Shown: one piece after another, positions 62,953 to 64,000 of the stretch
Layout: every line of letters begins with the position of its first letter
Position numbering within the stretch: the first letter of the stretch is position 1
Assembly (NCBI GenBank): GCA_963662315.1
Contig: OY759353.1
Location: 1,984,001-2,048,000, forward strand
From: Geopsychrobacteraceae bacterium
GTDB taxonomy: Bacteria > Desulfobacterota > Desulfuromonadia > Desulfuromonadales > Geopsychrobacteraceae
Length of the DNA stretch: 64,000 nt
Direction: 5' to 3'
The notes under the pieces: model-generated
Database searches by the model: none
What the model was told of the DNA's origin: nothing
Seen by the model: only the letters and a program-made list of their open reading frames with translations
Program-made: the position numbers and the translations under genes

Positions 62953-64000
62953 ATGAAAATGACTATATATAATCAAAATTCACGCCGTAAAATCGTTTTT
63001 CACAGCTTTCCAGCTTTGGAGGAGGGGGGCACACTTGCGGGCTATGCAGCCATCATTGAAGCGCATAATCTGCGTGTGCCACTTCCTGATAATCTTTGTG
63101 CGATAGGGGTAAAGCACAAAAAATACACTCTTGAAAACTGGCAGATATTTACTCCAAGGCATAAGCCTGAGGAGACACTGTATGGGCATCTAACCTTTGC
63201 ATTAAAATATGAAGGGGTTGATCTGGCTGTTTTAAACGCGCTGTTCAAAACTATTGAGGCCAAAGATATTGAAGATATTATTCGTTTAGAACCAACCGGC
63301 AGTTATAGCCGCAGGATTTGGTTTCTCTGGGAATGGTTGCGCGTCGACAAGCTGGATATTCCGGATGCGACAACAGGAAATTTTGTTCCTGTCGTTAATG
63401 GCAAATTGCAATACACTGGGAATTTCACTCAGTCTCGAAGGCATCGTGTTAACAATAATCTTCCGGGAACAAAGGCATTCTGCCCCTTCATTCGAAGAAC
63501 AGAAACACTTGAGAAATTCATCGGAGAAAACCTTTCGGAAACTGCAACAAAGCATATCGGACAAACACATCCAGACTTGCTCGGTCGCGCCGCTGCCTTT
63601 TTGCTACTCAAAGATTCGAAGGCTTCCTACACAATAGAGGGTGAAACGCCACCACATAGCCGAATAGAGCGTTGGGGCAGGACAATCGGGGACGCTGGAA
63701 AACGTAAGCTCAGTATTGAAGAGTTAGAATATCTGCAAAAGCTGGTTATCGCAGATAATAGATTTATTGAACCGGGCCTTCGTACAGAAGGTGGAGTTGT
63801 AGGAGAACATGATCGTTCAACTGGCATGCCTATGCCTAACCATATATCAGCAAAACCTGAAGATTTGCAGGCCTTGCTATCCGGCATGATTGAAAGTTAC
63901 GAAATTTTGGAAAGCAGCGACTTTGATCCCGTTTTGCTGGCAACGATTATTGCTTTTGGTTTTGTTTTTATCCATCCATTTGAAGATGGTAATGGCCGGA
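62953..64000 (+). CDS. Fic-family protein (partial, runs off the window; absent from the ORF track)
   Basis: AAGGA RBS and ATG 62953; in-frame terminal FVFIHPFEDGNGR Fic motif. Confidence 0.92.
   Translation, partial: MKMTIYNQNSRRKIVFHSFPALEEGGTLAGYAAIIEAHNLRVPLPDNLCAIGVKHKKYTLENWQIFTPRHKPEETLYGHLTFALKYEGVDLAVLNALFKTIEAKDIEDIIRLEPTGSYSRRIWFLWEWLRVDKLDIPDATTGNFVPVVNGKLQYTGNFTQSRRHRVNNNLPGTKAFCPFIRRTETLEKFIGENLSETATKHIGQTHPDLLGRAAAFLLLKDSKASYTIEGETPPHSRIERWGRTIGDAGKRKLSIEELEYLQKLVIADNRFIEPGLRTEGGVVGEHDRSTGMPMPNHISAKPEDLQALLSGMIESYEILESSDFDPVLLATIIAFGFVFIHPFEDGNGR

Overview
A 64 kb chromosomal window, most likely from a Desulfuromonadales-type deltaproteobacterium. This assignment is inferred from the fused nuoBCD, the hisZ-purA pairing and the HDOD/DRTGG/DUF4405 genes. 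The backbone is housekeeping: trxA, dtd, nfo, dapF, rsmE, prmA, dinB, a complete nuoA-(BCD)-E-N operon, rnhA, purA, hisZ, pepA, selU and an initiator tRNA-Met. Between rnhA and purA lie three identical tRNA-Glu(TTC) genes, two identical tRNA-Lys(TTT) genes and one 3' tRNA-Glu fragment. They bracket two accessory cassettes with no integrase: a sucrose cycle (sps-spp-fructokinase-amylosucrase) and an arsC-less arsenic cluster (arsR-arsP-trx-trx-ccdA-gapdh-arsJ-acr3-PTP). Other notable items are a thiolase homolog lacking both catalytic cysteines and fused to an OB-like tail next to a two-component system, a zinc-ribbon/RDD protein with a perfect 43x hexanucleotide (Ala-Glu) repeat, a sensor-less histidine kinase, several candidate structured RNAs, an uncharacterised Zn-amidohydrolase-like gene, and the start of an AT-rich Fic-encoding island after tRNA-Met. 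All product calls come from motif recognition by eye, not database searches.
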